Shown here one piece after another: positions 1 to 20,525 of a stretch of 64,000 bases of DNA; positions within the stretch are counted from its first letter, which is position 1; every line of letters begins with the position of its first letter. The stretch comes from the human T2T-CHM13v2.0 reference genome, Homo sapiens. Both the position numbers and the translations under genes were made by a program. The stretch lies in the NCBI RefSeq assembly GCF_009914755.1, contig NC_060930.1. One strand, 5' to 3'. The notes beneath the pieces were generated by a model. The model was given only the letters and a program-made list of their open reading frames with translations. It searched no databases and was not told where the DNA came from.

Positions 1-86
1 CTGTATCAGCCTCTTAGTCCCGTAGAGCCTCGATTTCCTCATCTTCACAATGCCAACCTTCCAGCGTTCTATTCTGTGATTTGTAA

Positions 87-443
<357 letters not shown>

Positions 444-1385
444 TGTAAGCCTTTTCTTCAAATACTCAAGCATGAATCCATGAAAGAGGCCATGAGCCCC
501 CCTCCATGGTTTGCTGGCAGTGCTCTCTTTGAGCTGAAGCCCAGGACACTCATGTCTGCCTGCTTCATCCACTTCTCTTTCTTCTGCTTAAAACTACTCC
601 TGGGACTGCAAACGAGGATAGTTTTTTCTCTTATGTCATATTTACTCCCTACCATCAAGCAACAAACTTCACTGACATCAGAGGAAAGTTTTGTGAGTAC
701 AGTGGGCCGGTTACCCATCTCTTCCCTGCTCTCCCTGGGTCCACGTTCCGCCCTTCTCTGTCTAGTCCTGTGTCCCAGGAGGCTGCATCGCTGGGCTCCC
801 TCTATCCCTGGCTCTGTCAGGATTGGTCAGCGGGAGGTACTGGCATGAGATTGGCAGGCTGGAGGACACGGCTAGCCCTTCTCTTGAACATATATGTGAG
901 TGCACATGCCTGAACATGACCATCCATTCCAGCTGTCACAGATTCTAGGTGCCTTAGTTCACATGTCTTTAAACACACAGTGCCCCTTCAGTGGGTTGTG
1001 TGATGCTACGTAAAATCAGGGAAATGGGGCTGTTTCTGAGTAAGCTACAAGACCTCAGTCTCCAAACACAAATGGTCTCCACAGGGACTAACAAGAAATC
1101 TTTGACATCATCAATCACAAAGCTGCCTTGAAGACTCTAGGGAACTGAGTGGCTCCTCTGATTTGGTTAAACCTGGTGAAAATATCTTACCATAATGACA
1201 GAATAGTCTTCTAGACTTAATCACATTGTTTGGATCTGTTCACCATGTGTGTCTCCCACTAGACTGCAAACTCCTAGAAGGCAGGAGCTGATTCTTGCTC
1301 AATTCTGAATTGTCAGCACCTAAAATTCCCTAGGACATAATGGGTATTTAATTAAATGTTTATCAAGGTTAAAAGAAAATTAAAG

Positions 1386-2457
<1,072 letters not shown>

Positions 2458-2619
2458 TTGTACACGTCACTAATGTTATACCACCCCGATAACTGCCATC
2501 CGTCTTCCTCTGTTCTGCTTCCAGAATGCAGGCAACCAGGCCTTCACGGTCCAGTGGGAACTGAAAGAATCCTCTACAGAACTGAGCCAGTTGTGTCAGT
2601 TTTCTATTGTGGAAAAACA

Positions 2620-3110
2620 AATCACTCTCAAACTTATTCACCCCAAACCTCAACGACATCATGATTCCAATTGGTCTGTTCGACCTAAGTGAGCATCTCC
2701 TCTTCCCTGTATGTTGCTCCCTAGTATGATTCACATGCTTGCCTTCAGCTGAGAGCCAGGCCGAGGCTGGAACATTCACAGTGGCCTTGCTCACATGTCC
2801 AGCAGTTGGTGCTGGCTATGGACAGGGACATCTCTGGTCTCCTCCACACAGCCTCTCATCCTCCAGGGTCTCTCTCCACATGGTCTCTCCAACAGGAAAA
2901 TCCACACTTCTTTACACAGAGGCTGACTTTTGAGATGCTGAAAACAGAAGTTATAATACCTGTGAAGCCTAGGACCAGAAGACATACAGTGTAATTTCCA
3001 ACCCATTTTACTTGTCCAAGAAAGGTACAAAACCAGCTCAGATTCAAGATTCTGCCGATTGATGGGAAGAGTGGCACAGTCACATTGTAAGTGGGTGACC
3101 TTTGGACACC
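2620..3110. mobile_element. Old MaLR LTR (MLT1-like)
   Basis: Motifs ctcacatgtccagcagttggtgctggct and tctctctccacatggtctctcc are typical of MLT1 LTRs. Confidence 0.55.
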
Positions 3111-3129
3111 AGTCTAAGAGGAAAGACCT

Positions 3130-5719
<2,590 letters not shown>

Positions 5720-6125
5720 GTGTGTGTGTGTTTTATCTCGAATTTCTAGTGATTTGTAGTAAAAGAGCTGACAAAATAGATTAGTACCTCACAGTGCTGG
5801 AGCCAGATGTGTATTATCCTCGAGGGGCTACTGTACTTCAAAGAGGGAGGAAAAAAAACTAGGCTTGAGAAGCTAAGGAAGGCTCCGTAGAGGATTTTTA
5901 AGTGTTTTGATGTATCTTGGAGATTGGCCTATATACCTCCTAAAAATAAGCTCTCTGTAGCCAATGATACAATGTTTAAAATATGGCACATGCTGAACTC
6001 ACAGTCTCTCTCATTTCAGAAAACAAATCTGCATGTGTGTTCTCTGAAGTTCTTCTTAGTGCGGCTCTTGATGCACTATATTTTGAATATTACCAAACCT
6101 GAGCTCTTTAAAAAAAAAATACTGA

Positions 6126-6425
<300 letters not shown>

Positions 6426-7159
6426 TACTGAGATGATTAAACACAAATGCTCATGTTAATGAATTAAGGCTAAAACCTAACTGTGCGCAATGCAAGATGA
6501 TCAGCAGTTATGGGAAGATGTGCAAGCCCTGATAGGGAGCCTGGCTAGCATACAAAAGCTGTTCCAAAATGTAAAGGGAGGGAATAAAAATACAGAGCAA
6601 GGAAGAGTGGGTGGAGTGACAGAGTAGGCACAGACAGCAGGAAACATGGGAATGCTGAGACCACTGGCACCTGAGTGGTCATTAGACTTGCCTGTGGAGT
6701 TTGGACAAATACAGATTCCTGGGATCGATATTCCACAATTATTTAGGTTCAATTGTGTAGGTTTTGTCCCTAAAAGTAAGAGGTTTCCCCCAGTGCAGGC
6801 AGGATCAACCTTGCGTGGAAACCTGCCCTGGGTTCAGTTGGAAATGCACTAACATCGTCTGGAAAGACTGTTTTTCCACCTATTATTGGAAAAATTCACA
6901 AGAGGAGATCACACCACGCTTTGGAGAAGCCATTCCGTAGAAGACGTGTTAACTGGTTAACTATAGTTTGCACACTAGTGTTGAGCTTGTAGAAGGTGAG
7001 AAACTCCTCTGCCTAGACTTTTTTTGGTGGTTTTAGTACATGTGGGAAGAAGCACCTCACTTGGACACACTTCATTTAAAAATAATATTTATTATGACTA
7101 TAACCCTAATGGGCTTAGTTTTAAATGTTTCTGCATTCGGCCAAGTGGAGCCCAAGAAG

Positions 7160-8640
7160 CCAGAAGTCGCCCGCGGGAGCTGTCCGCGGTGCTGAACGCG
7201 GTAGCCGGCTTCAGCCTTTGACCTCCCCAGCAGGAAAGGGCCTTCGGTCCGCCCCCAAGCACCATTTTCCTTCGTGCTCCCACCTCCAGTGTCTTCCCTT
7301 CCCAGCGCTGCCAATGGCGAGGGCGGCACTGAGATTTTTGTCCTGGGCGGCAGACGACCTTGTGTTGCACTTCCTCCCCCGCCTTCTGCCTCTCCCGGGG
7401 CGGCGGCGGATGGGCGCGGAGGCGGATGGGCGCGGCTCCCTCCCCCACTCAGGCCTCTTCACGGGGCGGGGGGCCGGGTCCCCCAGCCCCCACCCGCGCC
7501 GTGTCCAGCTCCTCGCGTGCTCGCGGCGGAGCCCTGAGCGCACTGGGTCCGAGTCCTGCGCGCCCCCTCACCACCTCCCCCGCACCTGCTCCTCCTCCTC
7601 GGTCCCGCCCAGCGCGCCAGCAGCCCGATCCCCAGTGCTGGGAGAAGAGAGGGGGCGCAGGCGGCGACACAAAGGGTGGAGCGGCGGGACCGGGACCCGG
7701 GAGGCTGCGCGGCATGGACGCCGAGTACCCTGCCTTTGAGCCCCCGCTCTGCAGCGAGCTCAAGCACCTGTGCCGGCGGCTGCGGGAAGCGTACCGCGAG
7801 CTCAAGGAGGACCTCACGCCCTTCAAGGATGACCGCTACTACAGGTGGGCGCGGCGCGGGCAGCGGCGGGGCGGCCGGAGGCTTCCGGGCCGCAGTCCCC
7901 TCCGGGACCCCGGCGCGCCCCGGCCTTGGCCTGGTCCCGCCGACGGCCGCCTCCGCCGGCCGGGCGCGGAGCCTACGGATGGGGACGGGGTCGGGGCGGG
8001 GATCTGGGAGGGACCAGGAAGGGGACGGGGAGCAGGGATACTGGCAGCGGCGCGCAGGTTCCTGGATTCAGGGCAGCCCGGCGCCCCCGGGCGAAGGGCC
8101 GATTTCCGTTCAGCTGAAACCCGAGCCGAGGCTCCCGCCTCCCCGGAAAGGAGCTGCGGGTTGTGGCTCCTCCCTGCGCCCCGCGTCGTTCTCCCCCCGC
8201 GCCCGCCTCGCCGCCCCCGCTCGGGCCTCACGCGGCGCAGTCTGGGGAGGCGACCGCGCGCGCTGCGGCGTCGGGAGGAGGGTCTTGGCCGCAGCTCTGA
8301 GCGCCCTAGGCTTTGCAGGACGCCTCGGAGGCGGGGGCGCCGCCAAGGGCTGGGGGCGGATGGGCGCGGCGGGGAAGACGCGGCGGGGCGCCATGCGGGG
8401 ACACGGCGCCTGGGAGCGGCTGTGTGGAACTTGTTTGCGTTCATCTCTGTCTCCCTCTTCAGCGGCCTAGGGGAGAGCGGTGGGGACTGCAGACCCTGGC
8501 GCCGGCCCCCGCCCCCTTCCTCTCTGCGCTCTGCAGTTCGGAGGGGAAGGAAAGTCTGTTCACCGCCAATGGCCGATTTACCCAAAGGCTTGGCGGTGTC
8601 GGGACAGGACCCTATCGCGAGTCGGTAGAAAGCTCCCTCA
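7160..8640. promoter_or_regulatory. CpG island / distal TMEM181 promoter
   Basis: Very GC-rich, CpG-dense and repeat-free, with several GC boxes (GGGCGG); spans exon 1a. Confidence 0.9.
7426..7844 (+). CDS. TMEM181: TMEM181 alternative first coding exon 1a (long isoform; in-frame ATGs at 7426 and 7714)
   Basis: Frame reads MGAAPSPTQ...GRLRG-MDAEYPAFEPPLCSELKHLCRRLREAYRELKEDLTPFKDDRYY(R). Donor AG|GTGGGC at 7844/7845 is phase 2 and joins exon 2 in frame to give YYRLAPMRLY, matching the TMEM181 long N-terminus as I recall it. ATG 7714 has the stronger Kozak context (ggcATGg). Confidence 0.9.
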
Positions 8641-9121
8641 CCCCCCCACCTCAACCTTCCCCATCTGTTAAATGGGAAGTCTGAACCAGAAGGTCTCAGA
8701 AAGCTGAGGTTTAATCATGATTTACTCACTCTGTGCTAAGGATGGCGAGGGTGTCGCACTGCTATGGGGAACGGGTGGTCATTTTTCTAAGACCTATCCT
8801 GTACTCATCATAGGTACCTGCTCAGAAAAAGGCGTGTCACACTTATCCTCACATCTGTTAAAAAACCTAATGCCTTCCCACGGGCTAATCAGCAACGCAG
8901 CGGGACCGTGGTCATGGTTACTGAGTGAAAAAGCCCATTTTAAACAAATGTAAAAAATCATGTGATGTAGCTTTGGGGCGAGCCTGGAAATCTGTCTAAT
9001 GCAGCCTCCTGGAAGACCTGAGGGTATGGGAAAAGAATCCACAGTTTCATATCATACTTGTTAAATAAGATTATTTCCAATCTCCTTTTCTGCTAGTCCC
9101 CCGTCCCCCGCCCCCTACTCT

Positions 9122-9433
9122 GTTTTTTTTTTTCCTATTTATTTATTTATTGAGACAGGGTCTTGCCCTGTCGCCCAGGCTGGAGTGCAGTGGTGCAATC
9201 TTGGCTCACTGCATCCTCCACTTCCCTGGCTCAACCAAGCAATCCTTCTACCTCAGCCTCCTGAGTAGCTGGGACCACAGGCCTGTGCCCCATCACCTGA
9301 TTTTTATATTTTGTTTAGAGATGGAATTTCCCTGTCTTGCCCAGGCTGGTCTCAAACTCCTGGGCTCAAGTGATGCTCCCACCTTGGCCTCCCAAAGTAC
9401 TGAGATGACAGGCGTGAGCCACCATGCCTGGCC
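9122..9433 (-). mobile_element. AluJ-like
   Basis: Diverged antisense Alu. Confidence 0.8.
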
Positions 9434-9555
9434 TTTTTTTTTTTTCCTGTATTTTCTTTTCTTGGGAATATTTCTTTGGCAACACAGCTAGTGAAAGTGG
9501 AATGATCGCAGTGCAAATAGTCGAGAAGAGAACACACCCCAGTGGTTAATCTCCA

Positions 9556-10050
9556 TCTTTATTCACTGACCAATGTATTCACCTGGTAGTTACTGAGCAT
9601 TTTTTATGTTCCTGCTGTTGTTCTAGGCGTTGTGAATACAGCGGTGAGCAAGACAGGGTCTCTGCTCTCCTGGGGCTTACAGATAATAAACCAAGTGACA
9701 TGAGAGACTGACAGGGTGCTGCCACACAGAAGGTAGTCAGGTGAGGCTCATCTTGAAAGTGACATTTGTCTGAGAACTGAAAAATGAGGAGCTAACCAGA
9801 CAAGGAGGCAGGGAGGAAACTCCCAGAAGAGGAAGGAGTATTGCAAAGTCCCTGAGGCCATAAAAACATGAAATGTTCAAGGCACAGATGGAAGACCAGC
9901 GAGCCTGGAGCACTGTGGTCAGAGAGAGAGGCTGGGCCAGGCCCTGAAGAGCCTTGAAGGTCAGACTAAGGAATGTGGATTTCACTGGGACTGCAGTGTG
10001 AAGCCACTAGAGGATTTTACACGGGACAAGTGACATCAGCAATTTGGCTG
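9556..10050 (-). mobile_element. L2 fragment
   Basis: Antisense L2 3' end motifs (ttactgagcatttt...ttctaggcgttgtgaatacagcggtgagcaagacag). Confidence 0.65.
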
Positions 10051-11219
10051 CCTGTACTACAGCAAGCATTTGAGTCTTTGCTCCAGGAGCCACTTCCTTA
10101 GTTGAGTTGGAGCTTGAAGACAGATTCACAGCGGTTGGAAGTGATCAGTGATGGATTCTGCCCCGCCCCCCGCCATGAGCACAAGTTGACTGCAGAGTAC
10201 TTTACAATATTTTGTATAGACAGGGCAGTTAGGCTGAATCACAAAGTCTGTTTTATAGTGAGAAGATGTTTTAGATCACTGAACTATCTTCAGTAGCTCC
10301 ATTGAATTTTTATATCAATGGATTGTCGCTGTACAAAACTAGGTGAAATACTCGGGTTTCTAAGTTGGGAAGCTGCTAGTTACAGCTCCGCATCTGTCTA
10401 GCTGGAAGGTGAAATTGCTACTGTGATTTTGGCTCCTTCTCTTCTCACCGTCTTCATTTCCTTATTGGTGGTTTATGAGTAAAACGCACCAGCTCTTTCC
10501 CCTGGAGGACCGGGGACTCACCTCACGTGGTTGGCAGTTTTCTCATAACAGGGCGAAGCAAAGAACACAGCTGCTAAAGCTCCGTTTACAAAACATGATT
10601 GGCCCCTCTGTTCAGCAGCATGGCTGTTTGCATATTTGCTACATAATTTGGCATCAGTGAAGAGCTGCAGCTATGTGATCAAAGGACTCTTGGCGATTTT
10701 CACAAAATGAGAGGTGACAGTTGTACTGCCTGTCAGGAGAGGGAAGGTGGTAAAACAATAGGCCAGGGATCTGAAATCCTGGTTCTAGCCCCAGTTCCAC
10801 TCCTTGCTAACTGCCGGGCCTTGTGGTGAGTTAATTGCATTTCACTGGACAATCCGTTTCCACATCAGGATAAAGAAACCCTCTTCACACGGATTTTCAT
10901 AAGACTCAGACACTTTATGAAGAGAGCACTAAAGATGTTTTCAGATACACATAACAGAAAAACCACAGCGAACCAGTCTAAACAATAAGGGAATGAATTG
11001 GGTTGCTGATTCGGCAGCTTAATGATGTAATCAAGTTCTTTCTTTTTAACTTGATAGCAATTGGCTGCTGATAATCATTTGGGCTACTGCTTCTCATTCA
11101 TATTCATGGGGGAAGCTGGCTGGCTTTCTATGGCTGTCTCTAAAAGAAAAAGAATAACTTGAAGTCTACAGAAAACTCCTTGAATCTCCGTATCTACACC
11201 CCACCAAAATGGTAACAAG

Positions 11220-11475
11220 GACATGGAATGTTCACGCACTGCGGATGGGAGGGTAAATTGCTATAATCATTATGGAAAACCACTTGGCAAGCAGCTACTA
11301 AAGTTGAACATACACATTTCCTCAGGCCCAGCATTTGCTGTCGGGTATATGCCCTGCAGAAATGCATACATGGGGCCATCAGAAGACGTACTAAAAAGTG
11401 TTCCTAACAGCACAGGTTGTAATACTCCTAAACTGGAAAGTAGCCAGATACTAAAAAATAGTAGAATGGACAAAG
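11220..11475 (+). mobile_element. Old L1M 3' fragment
   Basis: Resembles the 3' end of L1 ORF2 (gcactgcggatgggagggtaaattg...ctaaagttgaacatacac). Confidence 0.6.
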
Positions 11476-11479
11476 GTAG

Positions 11480-14157
<2,678 letters not shown>

Positions 14158-14409
14158 TCAGAGTATGTTTATTTAAGCCACGTCTCGCTCTGAATTGAGA
14201 GGAAAAAATAAAGATATAATTTCCTGGATAGCAGAGCAGGTATAAGCATCCCATCTGTTCTTCCTGGTCATCATCCGGCTGGAAGGATGACGCAGTTCTG
14301 GCAACTGAAAGACCATCCTTTGCCAGAGGAGGACAGGCCTCAAGTCTGGTGGAACACCTGAAGCTTGAAGTGGACCTCGTTCCCCAGATATGGAAGCTGG
14401 GGCTCTGGA

Positions 14410-14825
14410 GCCGCCTTCTAGGGCTGCGGTAAGAAAACACCACAGCCTGCAGGGCTCAAGCAACAGGGATGTATCGTCTCCTGGTTCTAAGGCCAGAAGT
14501 CCGAAATCCAGGTGTTGGCAGAGTTGTCTCCTCCTGAGGGACATTCTGTCCCAGGCCTTTTCTCCGGCTTCTGGTAGCTTCAGGCTTGGCTTGTAGATGT
14601 CTATCATCTCCCTGTGTCTTCACATCGTCTTCCTTCTATGTGTGTTTGTGTCCAAATCTCCCCTTTTTATAAGGACATCAGTCACACTGGATTTAGGGCC
14701 CGCCTTAATGACCTCATTTTAGCTTGCTCGTCTGCCAAGGCCTTATCACCAAATAAGGCCACGTTCACAGGCACTGGGGGTTAGGACTTCAGCATCTTTT
14801 TGGGGACACAAGCCACACCATAACA
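14410..14825 (-). mobile_element. MaLR solo LTR (MLT1B/C-like)
   Basis: Motifs tagggctgc, ggccagaagtccgaaatc and ttataaggacatcagtca, ending in ccataaca (TGTTATGG start on the minus strand). Confidence 0.75.
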
Positions 14826-15162
14826 GGCTTTCCTTGAAAAGAACAGCTCATGTGTTGATACAGGGCTATGGATTTTGGCTCCTCTCTGCCAATATTTTCT
14901 AAGCGTAGCAGCCGAATGCTTGATGAACAAGAGTCAGGAGGACTAGGCAGGTCCTGGCTTAGATCGGCCGCTGTGCTTATTGGAAATCGGGTCTGCACAT
15001 CTTATAGGATGATCTCAGATCCCTCCTGGCTCTAAAACGGAGATAGCAGACTGATAGTGCAGCTGTGTCTGGATCAGGGTGGCTCCGTCTCCCCGGCAGA
15101 GGTGTCTGAAACCTTCACTGTGTCACCTGAGTTGCCTGAGGTTTCTCAGGTGCAAATTGGAG

Positions 15163-15164
<2 letters not shown>

Positions 15165-15203
<39 letters not shown>
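15165..15203. repeat. (TG)n microsatellite
   Basis: Perfect TG run. Confidence 0.95.
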
Positions 15204-15204
<1 letters not shown>

Positions 15205-17458
15205 GGGGTGAGGGAGAGTATGCAATGAAGGCAGAGGAAACAGGCTCTGGCCTAGCTCAGGAGCTGTTGGGTCAGAGATATGGTGCTCAGCGCATCCTGG
15301 CTTGAAAGTCTAGTGTTCCAGGAAACCCCTCCGTCCCAGAAAAATCAGGATGGTTGGTCAACCTAAAGGTGGATCAGGACACAAGGAGCCACTCCAGGTT
15401 AAGCCAGGCTGGGTGAGGCAGGGTTGGAGACTCAAGACAGATGAGCCGTCTGCTGGGGTAGTGTGTGTGTGCTGGGGTATCACGGTCACGTAGCGGGCAG
15501 AAGGCGGCTGAAAGCTAGCTGAACAGTGCAGAAAGGGACGGGGCGCTCATTTCCCCAATTTCTTCAGCCTCAGTGGCATTCCCTTCCATGAGCCTCGGGG
15601 CAAACCCCTGAGCTCTTGCGCTCTGGGGTCTTGGTCTTCCCGCCTTCCTTCCGGCTGGCTGGTTCTCTTGCTCTTCTTGGCTCAGTCTTCATCACCCCCT
15701 CCCCTGCTCAATGGACAGCTCCCTGTAAGGCCTGCCCACGCCTCAGGGCTGTGCTTCTCAGAGGAGAACTCCCTCCTGCTCTTTTTATAACAGGGACTAT
15801 GTTGTAGTCCCTCTTTTCCTATCCCGAAATGAAATTCCTTGAGAACGTCATACACGCTTCCATAACTTAAAAAAATTAAATTACCCTAAATGTCTTCTAA
15901 ACAAGCAATGAAAGAAAAGTAATTTATAAGAAATAGCATGCATTTCAACGTGAAAATGCCCTGGCAAGACTACCCTAAAAGGAAAACGCCCCGGGGTGAC
16001 GGTTTAGGAAGCTGGCACCTTAGAGCCGCACAGGGAGAGGATGCTGCCCACCGCTCAGGGGCCAGGCAGCTCTCCAGGCCCCGTTCCCCTGCGGCTTGCT
16101 CAGCCGTGGGCTGCAGGGCACTGCTATGCCTCCTCCGAACGTTTCTGCACCAGCGTTCCCGCTACACCCCGCTTTCTTCCTTACCCCATGTTTACTGGAG
16201 TTGTGAGGTTTAGGCCACACTTAGGAAATCAGGACAAAGCCCCATTGTGCTGCATGTTCAAGGCCCTAGCAGAGGATTTATTTGTGACCCTGGGACCCAC
16301 AACGGCACAGAATCATCAAGTGCCTGGGACTGGCCTCCCCTGGCCTTGTCCTGACTTGGAAAGTCGTGGCAAGTGACGGATCTCGCTGGAGCAGCGCTTG
16401 TTTTGCTACATAGGAAGCAGCTTGAGCGAAGGGCTGATCGCCTGCCTCTGGGAGCAGAGCTCTGAAGGCGTGAGGCAGGCTCGTCATGAGCAACGCCGCC
16501 CGCTTTTCCAGCTGCTGTGGGATGCAGGGGCACGTGGCGGGTGGGCGTTGTCCTGCCTTCTCTGCCTTCTGGGGCATGAAGGAACCGGACAGAACTTGGA
16601 AACATGCTGTAAGGGGGCATGGCTGCACTCTTTCCATTCTTTTTTAGTTTTTTTTTTTTTGGTGGTGGTTGTCTTGTTTTTTAGAGACGGGGTCTCACTA
16701 CGTTGCCCAGGTTGGAGTGCAGTGGCTCCTCATAGTGCAGTCATGGTGCACTACAGTCTCGAACTTCTGGGCTCAAGTGATTCTGATTCTCCCACCTCAG
16801 CCTCCTGAATAACTGGAGCTCTGGCTTCCCATTCTTTTTAATACACCCCCATGGCTAGGAAAGTGCCCTCTGCGCTGTGTTTGTTCATGGTGGAGTACAT
16901 CCAGCAAAGTAATCTTGGTTGTTTACTGTTGACTTTCAGCCTTCAAGTCTTGTGAGGACTTAAAGACGGAGTTTTGCTCGTAAGTGAAGATAATGACCAG
17001 TTTCCCTGGCTTATCTATCTGGCATGACCGGGGCAGTGTTTCTGATGTATAAACCCATGCTCTTCGGTGAACAGAGCCCCCAGTTTAGGATTCAGGCTGA
17101 CAGAGATTACTTCCTATTCCATCTGGAAAGGTCAAGCATGCTCCTGCCTCGTGGTGACAAGCTGGGAGCTCCAGAACCCGTGTTCTTCCAGTGGAGACTG
17201 TCCTCAGCTTCTGCAAGCGGAAATGCAAAACCAAATACCCTCCCCTCAGGCTGCAGTAGGAATGAGAACATATTAGAACTTTGCTGTAGTTCTCATCATT
17301 GGCAGCTATGTCAGGGACAGCTAGAGGCATTGATAGACACTTTATAAAGATACGGCACTACAGCATTTAAGACCATTGGTTGCAAGTATTAGTTTCAGCC
17401 AAAAAGGGTACACATGACGAGAATACAGGGATCATTCACAGACCAAAGGGCAAAAATA

Positions 17459-17541
17459 GAACTGAACCCCAGGAAGGAGCTGGAGCTGAAACTGAACCCC
17501 AGGAAGGAGTTGGAGCTGAAACTGAACCCCAGGAAGGAGCT
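17459..17541. repeat. 30-bp tandem repeat, about 2.7 copies
   Basis: ACTGAACCCCAGGAAGGAGYTGGAGCTGAA starting at 17461, 17491 and 17521. Confidence 0.95.
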
Positions 17542-17599
17542 GATGTGGCATGGATTCCATGGGTTCATCTTCTAGATCTCTCTTGCCAATGCCCTGAAC

Positions 17600-18412
<813 letters not shown>

Positions 18413-20074
18413 ACTAGTTTGCTTCTCTGTCTTTTCGTCTCATCTGTCCTGGGGCTCCCAGTCTCTGATCAGTACAAATACTCTCATGCTTACGCCACCC
18501 ATTCAGCAGGAGGAAAGTGCCACCAGGCAGGCGCTCTTGGAAGTCACCATTGACACAGGGTCTCCCCCCTCAGCTGGGGCCTCAGCGAAGCCCTGAAATC
18601 CTGCTAGCTTTTCCCAGGCTGCTCATTTCTCCAGACTTTGTAACAACGATTCCAGACCTTCTCCACCTCTTTGCACTGGATCTAGTTGACAGGCCCCCCA
18701 GGCCCCCTTGGTCCTGCCCATATCCACCTCCCGTCTCCCACCCTGCCCCCGGGCCACTGGTCCCTGGCCTTGCCTCCCGACCTGACCTCCTGGTGCAGGC
18801 CCCAGAAGTTGCGGTGAGTCGATATCACGCCATTGCACTCCGGCCTGGGCAACAAGAGCAAAACTCTGTCTCAAAAAAAAAAAAAAAAAAAAAAAAGAGT
18901 CCTGACAAATAAGTTGGTGAAAGCCATGGAGAGAAGCAGTTCCCAGCCTCTGCCCCTTCCACCCCACAGACCAAAGAGCTGCTTTGGTGCTGACTGACAT
19001 GGGGGCTCCTTCGCCCCACGCTGACTGAACTGGCAGCCACAGGCCTGGCTCCCCAGGGCTGCTTGAGGGCCAGGTAACATCACCTGGATGTGTAGGTCAG
19101 ACTTTGGCCAAGGGTGACAGTGACTAGGCAGAGCTAACAGATTGTTTCCGAACACAGTAGTTTGGAAATAAACCAGCCGTGTTTGTCCTGAAGCTCTGGC
19201 CCACGTGCACCCTCTGAAACGTACTCTCCAACCTCCTGTCTGACTCCATCCTCTCTCCTTCCTTCCCTGGGATTGTACCACTCCCAGTAAAATTGACATG
19301 GAAACTATTGCTCTAGGTTCTGTGTTTGAGGGAACCCAGCTGCTAAGACATTCTTTAAATGTTGAGATAATCTTGCCCGGTAACTCATAGAAAAACATGG
19401 GCCAGAAGGAGGGTGGCCAACGATCCTGGTTTGTCTGGGACTGAGGGCGTCTTCAGGACAGGGACTTTCAGTGCTCATACTTGGAAAGTCTCAGGCAAAC
19501 CAGAATCAGCCAGCTGCTCTGGCCAGGTGGCAGGAATGCTCTCAGCTGCCACCTCCAGTCCTGCGCTCACTGGCCCTCCAGCTCCCTTCCTTTGTTCCAA
19601 GGGATGGTGTCCTCATTCTCTAAACAATGAGGAAATGGGTGTCTTATTGTGAGGCAGCCAGCAAGCCCAGGGCAGTCATTTGTTCAACACACAGGGGCTT
19701 GGTGTCTTTCTCTACCAGGCTGGGTGCCAGGTCCTGGAAAGAGGAGGACGAATAAAGGCTTGCACGGTGAAGTCATAGGAGACAATGATGGAGAGGCGCT
19801 GCTCAAACATTGAAAATAAAATACGTGTTTCGGTTTGATAGCTTGGGACTGATACTTAAAAACCACCCAAGGCAGAGAAGGTGAAGGGTGTTGGGAGGCT
19901 GGTGCCTCCTTCCTGGTCAGTACCCGGGGCTTGTGAGTGATGGCCTTGCTGTGCCAGAGAGGCAGGGAGGGGCCTGCTCTACTCACCAGGCTTTGTTATT
20001 GTAAATTCCAGAAACCAGCAGGGGCCACAGAAAATAGGGCATTTGCTTTAATGGTGGCAAAGGGGACAAAATGA

Positions 20075-20394
<320 letters not shown>

Positions 20395-20525
20395 TACACT
20401 TCTTAACATATAGTAGTAGACTTTCAAGTGATTCAGAATGTTCTGTGCATGATTATCTCACCTTTGGAAATGAAGAAAGGAGAGAATGCAAACATGGTTG
20501 TTTACAGACTTCAAGACTATGGTGG

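Noticed and set aside
7845-8654. Long ORFs across the distal CpG island (422 aa +, 264 aa +, 271 aa -)
   Set aside because: Stop-poor GC-rich DNA with Gly/Arg/Pro/Ala-biased translations. Only the part up to the donor at 7844 splices in frame to TMEM181.
17461-17541. CRISPR-like 30-bp repeats
   Set aside because: The repeats are contiguous with no spacers and lie in eukaryotic DNA.
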